Source of the DNA: Burkholderiales bacterium
Lineage (GTDB): Bacteria > Pseudomonadota > Gammaproteobacteria > Burkholderiales > Ga0077523
Direction of reading: 5' to 3'
DNA: 64,000 nt
Assembly: GCA_019747905.1 (NCBI GenBank)
Contig: JAIEQG010000031.1
Coordinates: forward strand, 706-64,705
A program made the translations under genes and the position numbers. How positions within the stretch are numbered: the stretch's first letter is position 1; each line of letters opens with the position of its first letter. The notes under the pieces were generated by a model. That model had not been told where the DNA came from and did not search any database. It saw nothing but the letters and a program-made list of their open reading frames with translations. Below are positions 1 through 10,457 of the stretch, piece by piece.

Positions 1-227
1 AGCCACGAACCCAGAGTCTTTTCTAAAACGTCGGGGTCTGTTCCGGCCGGCACCCAATCTTGCCGATAGTAGGCATTGATCTTCATGACCGCCTCGGGCC
101 TCTGTCGCCGCAAAGTCTTGCTTGGCCGGTCTAGGATATGTAAGAACCCGTCGCGATCGGTGAATCGTTCCAGATACCAGCGAGGGACAAAATGATGCTT
201 CTTAGGCCGAGAGCCAGTGCGCGTCAT
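1..227 (-). CDS. DUF4238-family protein, N-terminal part only (runs off the window edge)
   Basis: Not in the ORF track. Manual translation from ATG 227 gives MTRTGSRPKKHHFVPRWYLERFTDRDGFLHILD...NAYY..., open to position 1. HHxVPxxYLxxF is the characteristic DUF4238 N-terminal motif. Confidence 0.75.
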   Translation of the reverse strand, partial: MTRTGSRPKKHHFVPRWYLERFTDRDGFLHILDRPSKTLRRQRPEAVMKINAYYRQDWVPAGTDPDVLEKTLGSW

Positions 228-398
228 GGTTTGGCCGAATCTGTCTTAAGGACATTGGCGTGGGTCGCGCATCCGGGAAGCATACGCGTCCGGGTCGTCG
301 CCATTTCCGACGGCTACACAGTCAAGGTCCAGCCCCCATCCCTCTCCCGAGAACCGCGAGATCAAGGCACGCTTTGCCGGAAGTGATGCGCCGGATCG

Positions 399-1307
399 CT
401 ATGTGCGCCGTTGATATCGAATCGTTGTGCCGCCAGGATGGCCAGAAATGTCCTCGATCAGTACGCGCTCCCAGCCCTCCGGCGTGAAGATTCCTTTGGC
501 TGACAAATCTCGTAAGCGATAGCGACCCGCGTCCTCGCCAAGCCCCCCTTCAACTAGCTTCGATGGTACGGGGATTGCCATCATTGGCCACAACATAGTC
601 ACGTATGAAACGTGTTCTTCGCCTTCAGTGCTCGGCGGAAGGCTTCCGCACACAATCCCGCAGACTTGACTCCGGTCGTTAATCACGAGGCCTCCGCTCA
701 TGCCGTGCTCGAATCTCGCATCCACTTCGAAGCACGGGAAGTTGTAGAGGCCACGATCACGCCCGGCCCAGTAATGCGCCTTAACAGTTCCAACTGACTG
801 AGACCGATCCGCATTGCACGCAATGTGTTCAAACTTGCGAAGTGCATCGATTCGCGATCCGTCGAAACGGACATTGTGGATGCCGAATGCGCGAACTTGC
901 TCCCCCACCAATGGCGGATCGAAGGTCATGGGTGCCATCTTCCATTGGCGATGGTTCTTGTATTGCTCCGCCTTGTCATTCATGCCTCGGAGCCAAATGA
1001 TCGCAATGTCCGAATGAGGTGATGTCCCGATGGAATCGATGCTCCAGACAACGTAGTCATGCTCATCGCCGTCCCATACGACCTGAATCACCCAGTACTC
1101 GAACGTCGCGAATCCGCTGAGGGCGATTGCAGGGTCGTGCCGAACAAGCTCCTCAACTACGTGCTTCGCGGTGACCGCCATATGCGGCCATGCAATGAAG
1201 CACGACCCGTAGCACATCAAATTGCCAGCGGGACCGATGCCGATGAGTGTTGGCATTAGCTCATGTAGGTATCGGTCCGCGGGATTGGACGGACGGAACT
1301 CTGTCAT
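399..1307 (-). CDS. Trypsin-like serine protease (Trypsin_2 type), no signal peptide
   Basis: Catalytic triad motifs VTAKHVV (His), SDIAII (Asp) and GMSGG (Ser), followed by VCGIV. Confidence 0.8.
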   Translation of the reverse strand: MTEFRPSNPADRYLHELMPTLIGIGPAGNLMCYGSCFIAWPHMAVTAKHVVEELVRHDPAIALSGFATFEYWVIQVVWDGDEHDYVVWSIDSIGTSPHSDIAIIWLRGMNDKAEQYKNHRQWKMAPMTFDPPLVGEQVRAFGIHNVRFDGSRIDALRKFEHIACNADRSQSVGTVKAHYWAGRDRGLYNFPCFEVDARFEHGMSGGLVINDRSQVCGIVCGSLPPSTEGEEHVSYVTMLWPMMAIPVPSKLVEGGLGEDAGRYRLRDLSAKGIFTPEGWERVLIEDISGHPGGTTIRYQRRT

Positions 1308-1509
1308 TGGGCGGCCAGTGGCCTTCGAACTGGCACCGGAAGTTTACAATTGGGCAGACCACTTCGGATCAGAAGCTCTACGCGGCCACGGAGACCGAAG
1401 CGCGCGGCACAAAGGTGGGGATGTGAGTAGCTGCTGAACCAATCCTGCCGGGGGTGGAGGAAGCGATAGCAGAACCTTGGAAGGTAAACCACGCCTATTG
1501 CCCCTGAGG

Positions 1510-3294
1510 CTACGCTGCCGCAGGCGGTGGAGGATCAAGCTGAAGATACTCTTTGGGCGCTTCCGTGTTCAATCCCTTGTCATATGTAACGACAAGCCGG
1601 TTGTTGCTCTCGTCGAAAGTAAGGCGGCCAAACAAAACCGCGTCGGCAACGTCAGAATTGTCTTGTCTCAATTTCAAGTAGTTCTTGCGCGCCCAAATTC
1701 GCACGGCTTTGGCAAGTGCGTAGTGGCCCCGTTGCATCTGACCCGGTTTCCGCGAAGGAACATTCAAGCCGACAATATTCAGGCAGAGTCCGAGTAGTCT
1801 CGCGCCCTTGTAGTTTGGAAACTCTTCCATTCTTCGTATCTCCGTGTAAAGAAGCCTTCGCACCTTCATCCGAACGATGTCCCATGCCTTTTCGGCATCG
1901 TTGTGAAAGCTGCCGAACACGGAGGTCCACGCTATATTGTGATGAACCATCCAAGACGTAAAGGTCGGGTTGGTTACCTGGGAGGCGGAGAACAACAGCT
2001 CGAATGCGAACTTTGCGAGATAGTCGTAGCAGTTCTCGTGATGGATATCGGCGCGCCGGTTGAAGATGGGGGCCGGAAGTGGCTCTTGCTTCTGAATCAG
2101 CTCGACAAACCTCCTGAAGAAATCGGCTGAAACCTGGAAGCGCGACATGATCTCGTCACTGTTGGGGTTGTTCTCATCGTTGAGTAGATGTACACCGCGA
2201 GCCGGACCTTCGAAAGACTCAATTGCGCGGTAGATCGCAAAGGAGTGGTTACTGAATAGGCGCCTCTTCAGATAGTCACTCACGGTCATCAGGGTCGCTC
2301 GCGAAAGGGCGGCCCACTGCTTCGAATCCCATGCACGCAGTTCTGAGTAGTCTATGTCGAGTGGAGACTTGAAATGATTGCCCATGTTCTCGACTAGGAG
2401 GTAGTTTCCATACAGCGCAAGCGATACAGGCTTTAGATAGCCCAGCAATCCAGTGTCGAAACCTTCCTCTTCTTCATAGATGAACGAGTGCTTCTGCGCG
2501 ATCGCTTCACTCGATATGTTGCGGCAGAACTGTCCGGCAGGTACGTCATACCGATTGGCGGATGCAATCTCCTCGCAGAATGCTTGTGCAGTCACCGGCG
2601 AGGCCGCGACAATCTGACGGCAAAGTTTCCGATTGCCAAGCAGTAGAAGTACGTCAGCAGCAATGCGCCCCACCTTTGGCTGAGTGCGCTTCGGCTTGCG
2701 CTTCTCGACTGATTCTTTATGGTGATCTTCGCGCGGCTCAGGCTTCATGCAGAGCTGTACGATCGATCGAGCCGAGAGAGCCAGTTCATTTCCCACAACC
2801 TTAAGCTCGTCGTCATTTCCACGAAGTACGACTCGATAGAGCGCTCGCGCATATTTGAGAGCATTGCGCCGACCAAAGACAGGCGGGCGAATCAATGCAA
2901 AGTACATCCACGTCATGAATGTACCGAGAAACAATCCGCCGGAAATGGCTTCGCACGTAGTGGGTGTCAGGCCAACCGTGTGGGGGACCCACCATCCTTG
3001 AGCGATCCAAACACCACTTACAAGCGTATGCAGCCCAACGATGCCTATGACGATGAACGTGGACAGGTACAGTGGACCGGGGACACAAGCCAGTCGAAAC
3101 CTGTAGCGAATATCCGCAATGGTGTAGACAACCGTTAGCAGAGCCAGCGCCGCGATGAACTCTGAGAACCCGAATAGATGTTCCGCTGGAGGATTGGCGA
3201 TCGGGCCGAAGCAGAAATGCCAGTAGCAGGACTCTGGCAACGCTACCGGCGGGGGAATCGCTGCCACCTGTGACTCCCAGGCAATGCCGCTCAT
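1510..3294 (-). CDS. Hypothetical protein with about 3 N-terminal TM segments and a large helical cytoplasmic region
   Basis: Long ORF in the lower-GC island with hydrophobic stretches (FIAALALLTVVYTIA, LYLSTFIVIGIVGL, GGLFLGTFMTWMYFAL). Start uncertain: ATG 3294 chosen, ORF open to 3345. Confidence 0.7.
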   Translation of the reverse strand: MSGIAWESQVAAIPPPVALPESCYWHFCFGPIANPPAEHLFGFSEFIAALALLTVVYTIADIRYRFRLACVPGPLYLSTFIVIGIVGLHTLVSGVWIAQGWWVPHTVGLTPTTCEAISGGLFLGTFMTWMYFALIRPPVFGRRNALKYARALYRVVLRGNDDELKVVGNELALSARSIVQLCMKPEPREDHHKESVEKRKPKRTQPKVGRIAADVLLLLGNRKLCRQIVAASPVTAQAFCEEIASANRYDVPAGQFCRNISSEAIAQKHSFIYEEEEGFDTGLLGYLKPVSLALYGNYLLVENMGNHFKSPLDIDYSELRAWDSKQWAALSRATLMTVSDYLKRRLFSNHSFAIYRAIESFEGPARGVHLLNDENNPNSDEIMSRFQVSADFFRRFVELIQKQEPLPAPIFNRRADIHHENCYDYLAKFAFELLFSASQVTNPTFTSWMVHHNIAWTSVFGSFHNDAEKAWDIVRMKVRRLLYTEIRRMEEFPNYKGARLLGLCLNIVGLNVPSRKPGQMQRGHYALAKAVRIWARKNYLKLRQDNSDVADAVLFGRLTFDESNNRLVVTYDKGLNTEAPKEYLQLDPPPPAAA

Positions 3295-3353
3295 GAACTG
3301 TGCATCGCTTCCACCCACTCCCCCGATAGGTGCTCGCCCGTGCAAGTCAGGCG

Positions 3354-3397
3354 TGGTGCGCAGGGCGGGACTTGAACCCGCACGCCCGGTGAAGGGC
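3354..3397 (-). other. Orphan 3' fragment of a class II tRNA (Leu-like); probable att-site remnant
   Basis: Minus strand reads GCCCTTCACCGGGC-GT-GCGGGTTCAAGTCCCGC-CCTGCGC-ACCA: variable-arm hairpin, T-arm, acceptor 3' strand, discriminator A and CCA. No D or anticodon arm upstream. Confidence 0.75.
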
Positions 3398-3509
3398 TTC
3401 CCGCCTGAAGAATCCGGGAGATTCTACGACACGAGGTCAGCAGACCGCCGCGAGGAGCCCTTCGGCCCCTGAGTCAGCCGAAAATCGCAGGGCCACAGCG
3501 TCCACGAAG

Positions 3510-3529
3510 TGGTGGGAAAAATGGTGGGA
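3510..3529. repeat. Tandem direct repeat TGGTGGGA x2, possible integrase arm-type sites
   Basis: TGGTGGGA at 3510-3517 and 3522-3529, about 45 bp from the tRNA 3' end. Confidence 0.45.
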
Positions 3530-3571
3530 TAAACCACTGCACCACTCGGAATGCCCCGCCAATCCTAGAGA

Positions 3572-3663
<92 letters not shown>

Positions 3664-3739
3664 GGAAGGGGCGGAAGGATAGCCGAGGGGGTGTCGAAAG
3701 GGAAGGGCAGCCGACCCCGGACCGGCCGCCCTTATCGGT

Positions 3740-5707
3740 CTACTTAACCGCCTGTTTGAGTTGCGCCAGAATCGCTGGATTCTCCAGCGTCGACACGTCC
3801 TGGGTGATCTCTTCGCCCTTGGCCAGCGCCCGCAGCAGCCGCCGCATGATCTTCCCGGAGCGGGTCTTGGGCAGGTTGTCGCCGAAGCGGATCTCATCGG
3901 GCTTCGCGATCGGTCCGATCTCCTGGCCCACCCAGTTGCGCAGGGTGGTGGCGATCTCCTGGGCGGCCGCACCTTCCGGACGGGCCCCCTTCAGCACCAC
4001 GAAAGCGACTACCGCCTCACCCTTGATGTCGTGGGGCTTGCCGACCACGGCCGCTTCGGCCACCAGGGGATTGGCCACCAGCGCCGACTCGATCTCCATG
4101 GTGCCGAGCCGGTGGCCGGAGACGTTCAGCACGTCGTCGATCCGCCCCATGATCCAGAAGTAGCCGTCCATGTCGCGGTTGGCGCCGTCGCCCGCGAGGT
4201 AGTAGCGACCCTGGAAGTCTTCCGGGTAGTAGCTCTTCTTGAACCGCTCCGGGTCGCCCCAGATGGTGCGGATCATGGAAGGCCACGGCTTCTTGATGAC
4301 GAGGATGCCGCCCTTGCCCTTTTCCACGTCCTGGCCGGTCTCGTCGACGATGGCAGCCATGATTCCGGGCAGCGGCAGGGTGCACGAACCGGGCTTGAGC
4401 GGCGTCACGCCGGGCAGCGGCGTGATCATGTGGCCGCCGGTTTCGGTCTGCCACCAGGTGTCCATGATCGGGCAACGTCCGCCTCCGACGACGGTGTGGT
4501 ACCACATCCACGCTTCCGGATTGATCGGCTCGCCGACCGAGCCCAGCAGGCGCAGGCTCGAGAGGTCGTACTGCTTCGGCAGGTCTCCGCCGGCCTTGAT
4601 GAGCGAGCGGATCGCCGTCGGCGCGGTGTAGAAGATGCTGACCTTGTGGTTCTGGATCATCTTCCAGAAGCGCCCGGCGTCCGGATAGGTCGGCACGCCT
4701 TCGAACACGATCTCGGTGGCGCCCACCGCGAGCGGACCGTAGGCGATGTAGGTGTGGCCCGTGACCCAGCCGACGTCGGCCGTGCACCAGAAGACGTCGT
4801 TGGGCTTGATGTCGAAGGCCCACAGCATGGTGAGCATCGCGTGCAGCAGGTAGCCGCCGCTCGAGTGCTGAACGCCCTTCGGCTTGCCGGTGGAACCGGA
4901 GGTGTAGAGAATGAAGAGCGGATGCTCGGCCTCGACCCATTCGGGTTCGCAAACGTCGGGCATGCCGCGCACGAGGTCGTCCCACCATACGTCGCGCGGT
5001 GCGTGGAAGTGGACGTTCTCGCCGGTACGGCGATAGACCACGACGTGCTTGATGCCGTCGCAGCCGCCCATGGAAAAGGCTTCGTCCACGGCGGGCTTGA
5101 GCGGGATCGCCTTGCCGCCCCGGTACTGGCCGTCGGCGCAGATCACCGCGACCGCCCCGGCGTCGATGATCCGCTCCTGCAGGCTCTTGGCCGAGAAGCC
5201 GCCGAAGACCACCGAATGGGTGGCGCCGATGCGGGCGCAGGCCTGCATGGCGACCACCGCCTCGATCGACATGGGCATGTAGACGAGTACCCGGTCGCCC
5301 TTTTTGATGCCGAGCTTCTTCAGCCCGTTCGCGAACTGGCAGACGCGGTGGTAGAGCTGCTTGTAGGTGATCTTGGTGACCGAGCCGTCGTCGGCCTCGA
5401 AGATGATCGCGACCTTGTCGGGCTGGCTCTTCAGGTGCCGGTCGAGGCAGTTGTACGAGACGTTGAGGCGGCCGTCCTGGAACCACTTGAAGAACGGCGC
5501 GTTGGATTCGTCCAGCACCTGGGTGAACGGCTTGTTCCAGAGGACGTGCTCGCGTGCGAGCCGGCCCCAGAAACCGGTGTAGTCCGCCTCGGCCTCGGCA
5601 CAGAGCTTCCGGTAGGCGTCCATCCCCTTCACGTTGGCCTGGGCGACCATGTCCGAGGGCGGGTCGAACACCCGGGTCTCGTGCAGGACGGATTCGATGG
5701 TGGTCAT
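3740..5707 (-). CDS. acs: Acetyl-CoA synthetase
   Basis: [21 protein letters not shown] and [12 protein letters not shown] motifs; start [10 protein letters not shown] at 5707. Confidence 0.97.
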   Translation of the reverse strand: MTTIESVLHETRVFDPPSDMVAQANVKGMDAYRKLCAEAEADYTGFWGRLAREHVLWNKPFTQVLDESNAPFFKWFQDGRLNVSYNCLDRHLKSQPDKVAIIFEADDGSVTKITYKQLYHRVCQFANGLKKLGIKKGDRVLVYMPMSIEAVVAMQACARIGATHSVVFGGFSAKSLQERIIDAGAVAVICADGQYRGGKAIPLKPAVDEAFSMGGCDGIKHVVVYRRTGENVHFHAPRDVWWDDLVRGMPDVCEPEWVEAEHPLFILYTSGSTGKPKGVQHSSGGYLLHAMLTMLWAFDIKPNDVFWCTADVGWVTGHTYIAYGPLAVGATEIVFEGVPTYPDAGRFWKMIQNHKVSIFYTAPTAIRSLIKAGGDLPKQYDLSSLRLLGSVGEPINPEAWMWYHTVVGGGRCPIMDTWWQTETGGHMITPLPGVTPLKPGSCTLPLPGIMAAIVDETGQDVEKGKGGILVIKKPWPSMIRTIWGDPERFKKSYYPEDFQGRYYLAGDGANRDMDGYFWIMGRIDDVLNVSGHRLGTMEIESALVANPLVAEAAVVGKPHDIKGEAVVAFVVLKGARPEGAAAQEIATTLRNWVGQEIGPIAKPDEIRFGDNLPKTRSGKIMRRLLRALAKGEEITQDVSTLENPAILAQLKQAVK

Positions 5708-5947
5708 GTGAGTCTCCGCGTGGTCTTGTCGAGGTTTCTTCTCGAGGGCAACGGTCACGAGCGCCCGTGCCGCAGGCCCCGCTATCGATGGCAGCGGGGG
5801 AGAAGATGTTGCCTTGTATACCAGGGAGGGCGCAACCGGCTTGATCCGGCTCAAGGACCAGCCTTCGAGTGTGCCTTCGCGTATACTTGCCGACTCTTCT
5901 TCGGGGCCGTCCGCGACGGCCCTCGAGCTTCATTTCCGATCCCTCCG

Positions 5948-7462
5948 ATGACCACGATCGCCCAGCAGGACTTCATCGAGAGCATCGCCGACGCGTTGCA
6001 GTACATCTCGTACTTCCACCCGGTCGACTACATCCGCAACCTGAACCGCGCCTACGAACTGGAGCAGTCCGAGGCCGCGAAGGACGCGATGGCGCAGATC
6101 CTCATCAACTCGCGCCTCTGCGCGGAGGGTCACCGGCCCATCTGTCAGGACACCGGGATCGTCAACGTCTTCCTCAAGGTGGGGATGAACGTGCGCTGGG
6201 ACGCGACGATCGGCCTGGAGGAGATGGTCAACGAAGGTGTTCGCCGCGCCTACAACCACCCGGACAACAAGCTGCGTGCCTCGGTCCTCGCGGACCCGGC
6301 CGGCACCCGCAAGAACACCAGGGACAACACGCCCGCCGTCCTCCAGGTGAGCCTGGTGCCCGGCGACAAGGTCGAAGTGGAAGTGGCCGCCAAGGGCGGC
6401 GGCTCCGAGAACAAGTCGAAGTTCGTGATGCTCAACCCGTCCGACTCCATCGTCGACTGGGTGATGAAGACCGTGCCCACCATGGGCGCGGGCTGGTGTC
6501 CGCCGGGCATACTCGGCATCGGCATCGGCGGCACCGCCGAGAAGGCGATGCTGATGGCGAAAGAGTCGCTGATGGAGCCCATCGACATGCAGGAACTCAT
6601 CGCGCGCGGTCCGAAGTCGCGCATCGAGGAACTGCGGATCGAACTGTACGAAAAGGTCAACGCGCTCGGCATCGGGGCCCAGGGCCTCGGTGGCCTCACG
6701 ACGGTGCTCGACATCAAGATCAAGGACTACCCGACCCACGCCGCCAGCCTGCCGATCGCGATGATTCCCAACTGTGCGGCCACGCGGCACGTGCACTTCG
6801 AGCTGGACGGTTCCGGCCCGGCACGGCTCGACCCGCCCAGCCTGGACGACTGGCCGCGGCTTACCTACGACACCTCCAAAGGCAAGCGCGTGAATCTGGA
6901 CACCGTCACGCCAGCGGAAGTGCAGACGTGGCAACCGGGTGAAGTGCTGCTGCTCAACGGCAAGCTGCTCACCGGCCGCGATGCCGCCCACAAGCGCATG
7001 GTGGACATGCTCGCCAAGGGCGAGCCGCTGCCGGTGGATTTCACCAACCGCTTCATCTACTACGTGGGGCCGGTCGATCCGGTCCGCGACGAAGTGGTGG
7101 GGCCGGCCGGGCCGACCACCGCCACGCGCATGGACAAGTTCACGCGCACGATGCTCGAGAAGACCGGCCTCATCGGCATGGTGGGCAAGGCCGAGCGCGG
7201 CCCGGCGGCGATCGAGGCCATCCGCGACCACAAGGCGGTCTATCTCATGGCGGTGGGCGGCGCCGCCTACCTCGTGTCCAAGGCCATCAAGGGTGCGCGC
7301 ACCGTGGCCTTCGCCGACCTCGGCATGGAAGCCATCTACGAGTTCGACGTGAAGGACATGCCGGTGACGGTCGCGGTCGATGCCCGCGGCACGTCGGTGC
7401 ACCAGACCGGTCCGCGCGAGTGGCAGGCGCGCATCGGCAAGATTCCGGTGGCGGTGGCCTGA
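5948..7462 (+). CDS. fumA: Class I (Fe-S) fumarate hydratase
   Basis: ICQDTG, KGGGSENKS, GWCPP, TGRDAAH and GPTTATRMD motifs; start MTTIAQQDFIESIADALQ. Confidence 0.93.
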   Translation: MTTIAQQDFIESIADALQYISYFHPVDYIRNLNRAYELEQSEAAKDAMAQILINSRLCAEGHRPICQDTGIVNVFLKVGMNVRWDATIGLEEMVNEGVRRAYNHPDNKLRASVLADPAGTRKNTRDNTPAVLQVSLVPGDKVEVEVAAKGGGSENKSKFVMLNPSDSIVDWVMKTVPTMGAGWCPPGILGIGIGGTAEKAMLMAKESLMEPIDMQELIARGPKSRIEELRIELYEKVNALGIGAQGLGGLTTVLDIKIKDYPTHAASLPIAMIPNCAATRHVHFELDGSGPARLDPPSLDDWPRLTYDTSKGKRVNLDTVTPAEVQTWQPGEVLLLNGKLLTGRDAAHKRMVDMLAKGEPLPVDFTNRFIYYVGPVDPVRDEVVGPAGPTTATRMDKFTRTMLEKTGLIGMVGKAERGPAAIEAIRDHKAVYLMAVGGAAYLVSKAIKGARTVAFADLGMEAIYEFDVKDMPVTVAVDARGTSVHQTGPREWQARIGKIPVAVA

Positions 7463-7489
7463 CGCTCATCGCCGCGTTACAAGCTCAAT

Positions 7490-7585
7490 GGCGGGCCTCC
7501 CCGCATTGCATGGTGGTGAACCTGGTCAGGTCCGGAAGGAAGCAGCCACAGCCATTCTCTGCAAGTGCCGGGGGTAGGGCTCGCC
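7490..7585 (+). ncRNA. ffs: SRP 4.5S RNA
   Basis: Conserved core GGTCAGGTCCGGAAGGAAGCAGCC, complementary ends GGCGGGCC/GGGCTCGCC, and the usual position upstream of dnaX. Confidence 0.95.
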
Positions 7586-7660
7586 ACCCTACGCGACGCC
7601 GTTGCTTTTCGGACCTCTCGGTCCGAACGCAACGACGCGCTCGGGTGATGTCATGTGACT

Positions 7661-7745
7661 CCCCCTCATCCCCCAGCCCCTTCTCCGCCAGGGAGAAGGG
7701 GAGCTTCAAGCCCCGCTCCCTTCGGGAGAGGGGTGGGGGTGAGGG
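7661..7745. repeat. REP-like composite palindrome (CCCTCANCCC...GGGAGAGGG...GGGGTGAGGG type)
   Basis: Nested inverted repeats CCCCTTCTCC/GGAGAAGGGG and CTCCC-TTCG-GGAG, closed by CCCTCA/TGAGGG. Confidence 0.7.
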
Positions 7746-7832
7746 AGGCTTTGAAAGCCGCGATACGTTCGCATCGGGTCGCGTCAGCAATGGTGCCTTC
7801 TACCACGCTGCCCTTTTGATTTACCCTTCCGT

Positions 7833-9419
7833 ATGACCCTCGCTCTTGCCCGCAAGTACCGGCCGCGTACCTTCACGGAGGTGGTGGGGCAGGAGCACGT
7901 GGTGCGCGCGCTGACCAACGCGCTCACACAGAACCGGCTGCACCACGCTTACCTCCTCACCGGGACTCGGGGGGTGGGCAAGACGACGCTGGCACGCATC
8001 ATCGCCAAGGCGCTCAACTGCGAGACCGGCATCACAGCCACGCCGTGCGGCGTGTGCGGGGCGTGCAAGGAGATCGACGGGGGCCGTTTCATCGACCTGA
8101 TCGAGCTGGACGCCGCCTCCAATACGCAGGTGGACAGCATGCGCGAGCTGCTCGAGAACGCGCTCTACGCGCCCACCAGCGGCCGCTTCAAGGTCTACAT
8201 CATCGACGAAGTGCACATGCTCTCGCGCAACGCGTTCAACGCGATGCTGAAGACGCTCGAGGAGCCGCCGGAACACGTCAAATTCATTCTCGCCACGACC
8301 GACCCGCAGAAGATTCCGGTCACGGTGCTGTCGCGCTGCCTGCAGTTCATGCTGAAGCAGATTCCGCCGCCGGTGATCCGTGCGCAGCTCGAGAAGGTGC
8401 TCGGGCTCGAGGGCGTGCCGGCCGAGCCCGGCGCGCTCAACCTGATCGCGCGATCGGCGCAGGGCAGCATGCGCGACGCCTTGAGCCTGCTCGACCAGGC
8501 CATCGCGCACGGTGCCGGCAAGGTGGAAGAGGCCGCCGTGCGCGACATGCTCGGTGCCGTGGACGCGGGCTACCTCTATACGCTGCTCGAGGCGCTCGCC
8601 GCTCGCGACGGCCCGGCCTTGCTGGCCCAGGCCGATGCGCTGGAGGCACGCGGCCTCTCCTTCGAATCAGCCCTGCAGGAACTCGCGAGCCTGCTGCATC
8701 GGGTCGCCGTTGCCCAGACCTTGCCCGAGACCGTGGCGGACGACGATCCGGAACGCGAGCGGGTGCTGAAGCTCGCACGGGCGCTCAGCCCGGAGGATGT
8801 CCAGCTTTTCTACCAGATCGCACTGCGGGGGCGTGGCGACCTGCCGCTGGCGCCGGACGAGTACGCGGGCTTCACGATGACGCTGATGCGCATGCTCGCC
8901 TTCCTGCCCGCGAGCGGTGAGGGTGGAGGAGCCCGACCGCAAAGCCGTCCCGCGATGGCTGCGGCTCCCACGCGGTCGACGCCGCTGCGGGCCGCCGAGC
9001 CGACGCCGGCCGCGACACCGGGTAGCCCCCGCAAGCTAGCCCCCGAAGCCTGGCCCGACACCGTTGCCCAGTTGAAGCTGGGGGGCATGGCCCGCATGCT
9101 GGCGCAGCACTGCGCGCTGCAATCCTTCACCGACGGCCGCATGCAGCTGATCGTGCCGGAGGCGCACAAGCACCTGCTCGACGCCGCCTACCGCGAGAAG
9201 CTGAAGGCAGCGCTCGAAGAGCGCTTCGGCCCGTTGCGCCTCGACGTGTCCGTGGGGCAGGCCGCCGATGGCGGCACCCTGGCCGAACGCGAGGACCGCG
9301 AGCGCGTCGAACGCCAGACGCGCGCCACCGAGTCGATCGAACGCGACCCGTTCGTGCGCGATCTCGTGGAGAATTTCGATGCGCGCGTGATCGACGGCTC
9401 GATCCGCCCGCTGCAGTGA
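7833..9419 (+). CDS. dnaX: DNA polymerase III subunit gamma/tau
   Basis: [16 protein letters not shown], Zn-binding Cys cluster, DEVHML and SRC motifs. Confidence 0.97.
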   Translation: MTLALARKYRPRTFTEVVGQEHVVRALTNALTQNRLHHAYLLTGTRGVGKTTLARIIAKALNCETGITATPCGVCGACKEIDGGRFIDLIELDAASNTQVDSMRELLENALYAPTSGRFKVYIIDEVHMLSRNAFNAMLKTLEEPPEHVKFILATTDPQKIPVTVLSRCLQFMLKQIPPPVIRAQLEKVLGLEGVPAEPGALNLIARSAQGSMRDALSLLDQAIAHGAGKVEEAAVRDMLGAVDAGYLYTLLEALAARDGPALLAQADALEARGLSFESALQELASLLHRVAVAQTLPETVADDDPERERVLKLARALSPEDVQLFYQIALRGRGDLPLAPDEYAGFTMTLMRMLAFLPASGEGGGARPQSRPAMAAAPTRSTPLRAAEPTPAATPGSPRKLAPEAWPDTVAQLKLGGMARMLAQHCALQSFTDGRMQLIVPEAHKHLLDAAYREKLKAALEERFGPLRLDVSVGQAADGGTLAEREDRERVERQTRATESIERDPFVRDLVENFDARVIDGSIRPLQ

Positions 9420-9453
9420 CGATTCCGAGGCAACGACAGGAGGGCACAAGCCC

Positions 9454-9780
9454 ATGATGAAGGGACAGCTCGCGGGCCTGATGAAGCAGGCCCAGCAGAT
9501 GCAGGAGAACATGAAGAAGATGCAGGAGCAGCTCGCCACCCTCGAAGTCGAGGGCCAGTCGGGTGCCGGCATGGTAAAGGTCGTGATGACCTGCAAGCAC
9601 GACGTCAAACGCGTCACCATCGACCCGAGCCTGCTCGCGGACGACAAGGACATGCTCGAAGACCTCGTGGCCGCGGCCATGAACGATGCGGTGCGCAAGG
9701 TCGAGGCGACCACGCAGGAGAAGATGGGCGCGCTCACCGGCGGCATGAACCTGCCGGCGGGATTCAAGCTTCCCTTCTGA
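9454..9780 (+). CDS. ybaB: YbaB/EbfC nucleoid-associated protein
   Basis: MKQAQQMQ...GQSGAGMV...[11 protein letters not shown]; lies between dnaX and recR. Confidence 0.95.
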   Translation: MMKGQLAGLMKQAQQMQENMKKMQEQLATLEVEGQSGAGMVKVVMTCKHDVKRVTIDPSLLADDKDMLEDLVAAAMNDAVRKVEATTQEKMGALTGGMNLPAGFKLPF

Positions 9781-9855
9781 GCGCCGTCATAGAAGCTCGA
9801 CGGCGCGTGCCCAGCAGCGCGCGGCGGCGACCCGAGGACCATCAGTCCATCGCAC

Positions 9856-10455
9856 TTGAAGACTCCCACCGCCCTCCAGACCCTGATCGAAGCCCTGCGC
9901 GTACTGCCGGGTGTCGGCCCGAAATCGGCGCAGCGCATGGCCTATCACCTGTTGCAGCGCGATCGCGATGGCGCAGGACGGCTGTCGTCCGCGTTGAGCG
10001 GGGCGCTGCAGCGCATCCAGCATTGCGAGCGGTGCAACAACTTCAGCGAGGAACCGGTCTGCGAGCTGTGCCGATCGGCGCGCCGTGATGCGTCGCTGCT
10101 GTGCGTGGTCGAAACACCCGCCGACCTCCTCATGATGGAACAGGCCCAGGCCTACCACGGGTTGTACTTCGTGCTGCTCGGGCGCCTCTCGCCATTGGAC
10201 GGCGTCGGCCCGCGCGAACTCAACCTCGATCGGTTGGTGAAGCGTGCCACCGACGGCGTGGTGCGCGAGACCATCCTTGCGACCAACTTCACGGTCGAAG
10301 GCGAAGCCACGGCGCACTACATCGGCGAGATGCTCCAGCCGCGCGGCATCAAGGTGTCGCGCATCGCCCGCGGCCTGCCGGTGGGCGGTGAACTCGAATA
10401 CGTCGATGCTGGAACGCTCGCACAGGCCGTGATCGAACGCCGGGCGGTCGCCTGA
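9856..10455 (+). CDS. recR: Recombination mediator RecR
   Basis: [11 protein letters not shown] HhH, C4 Zn finger, Toprim [12 protein letters not shown]; TTG start. Confidence 0.96.
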   Translation: MKTPTALQTLIEALRVLPGVGPKSAQRMAYHLLQRDRDGAGRLSSALSGALQRIQHCERCNNFSEEPVCELCRSARRDASLLCVVETPADLLMMEQAQAYHGLYFVLLGRLSPLDGVGPRELNLDRLVKRATDGVVRETILATNFTVEGEATAHYIGEMLQPRGIKVSRIARGLPVGGELEYVDAGTLAQAVIERRAVA

Positions 10456-10457
10456 CC

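Noticed and set aside
3761-5947. 1233-aa ORF suggesting a huge N-terminal extension on fumarase
   Set aside because: The extension is the antisense shadow of acs in high-GC DNA; fumarase homology starts at ATG 5948.
7833-9419. Programmed -1 frameshift in dnaX (tau/gamma)
   Set aside because: I saw no A-AAA-AAG or long A-run slippery site in the gene.
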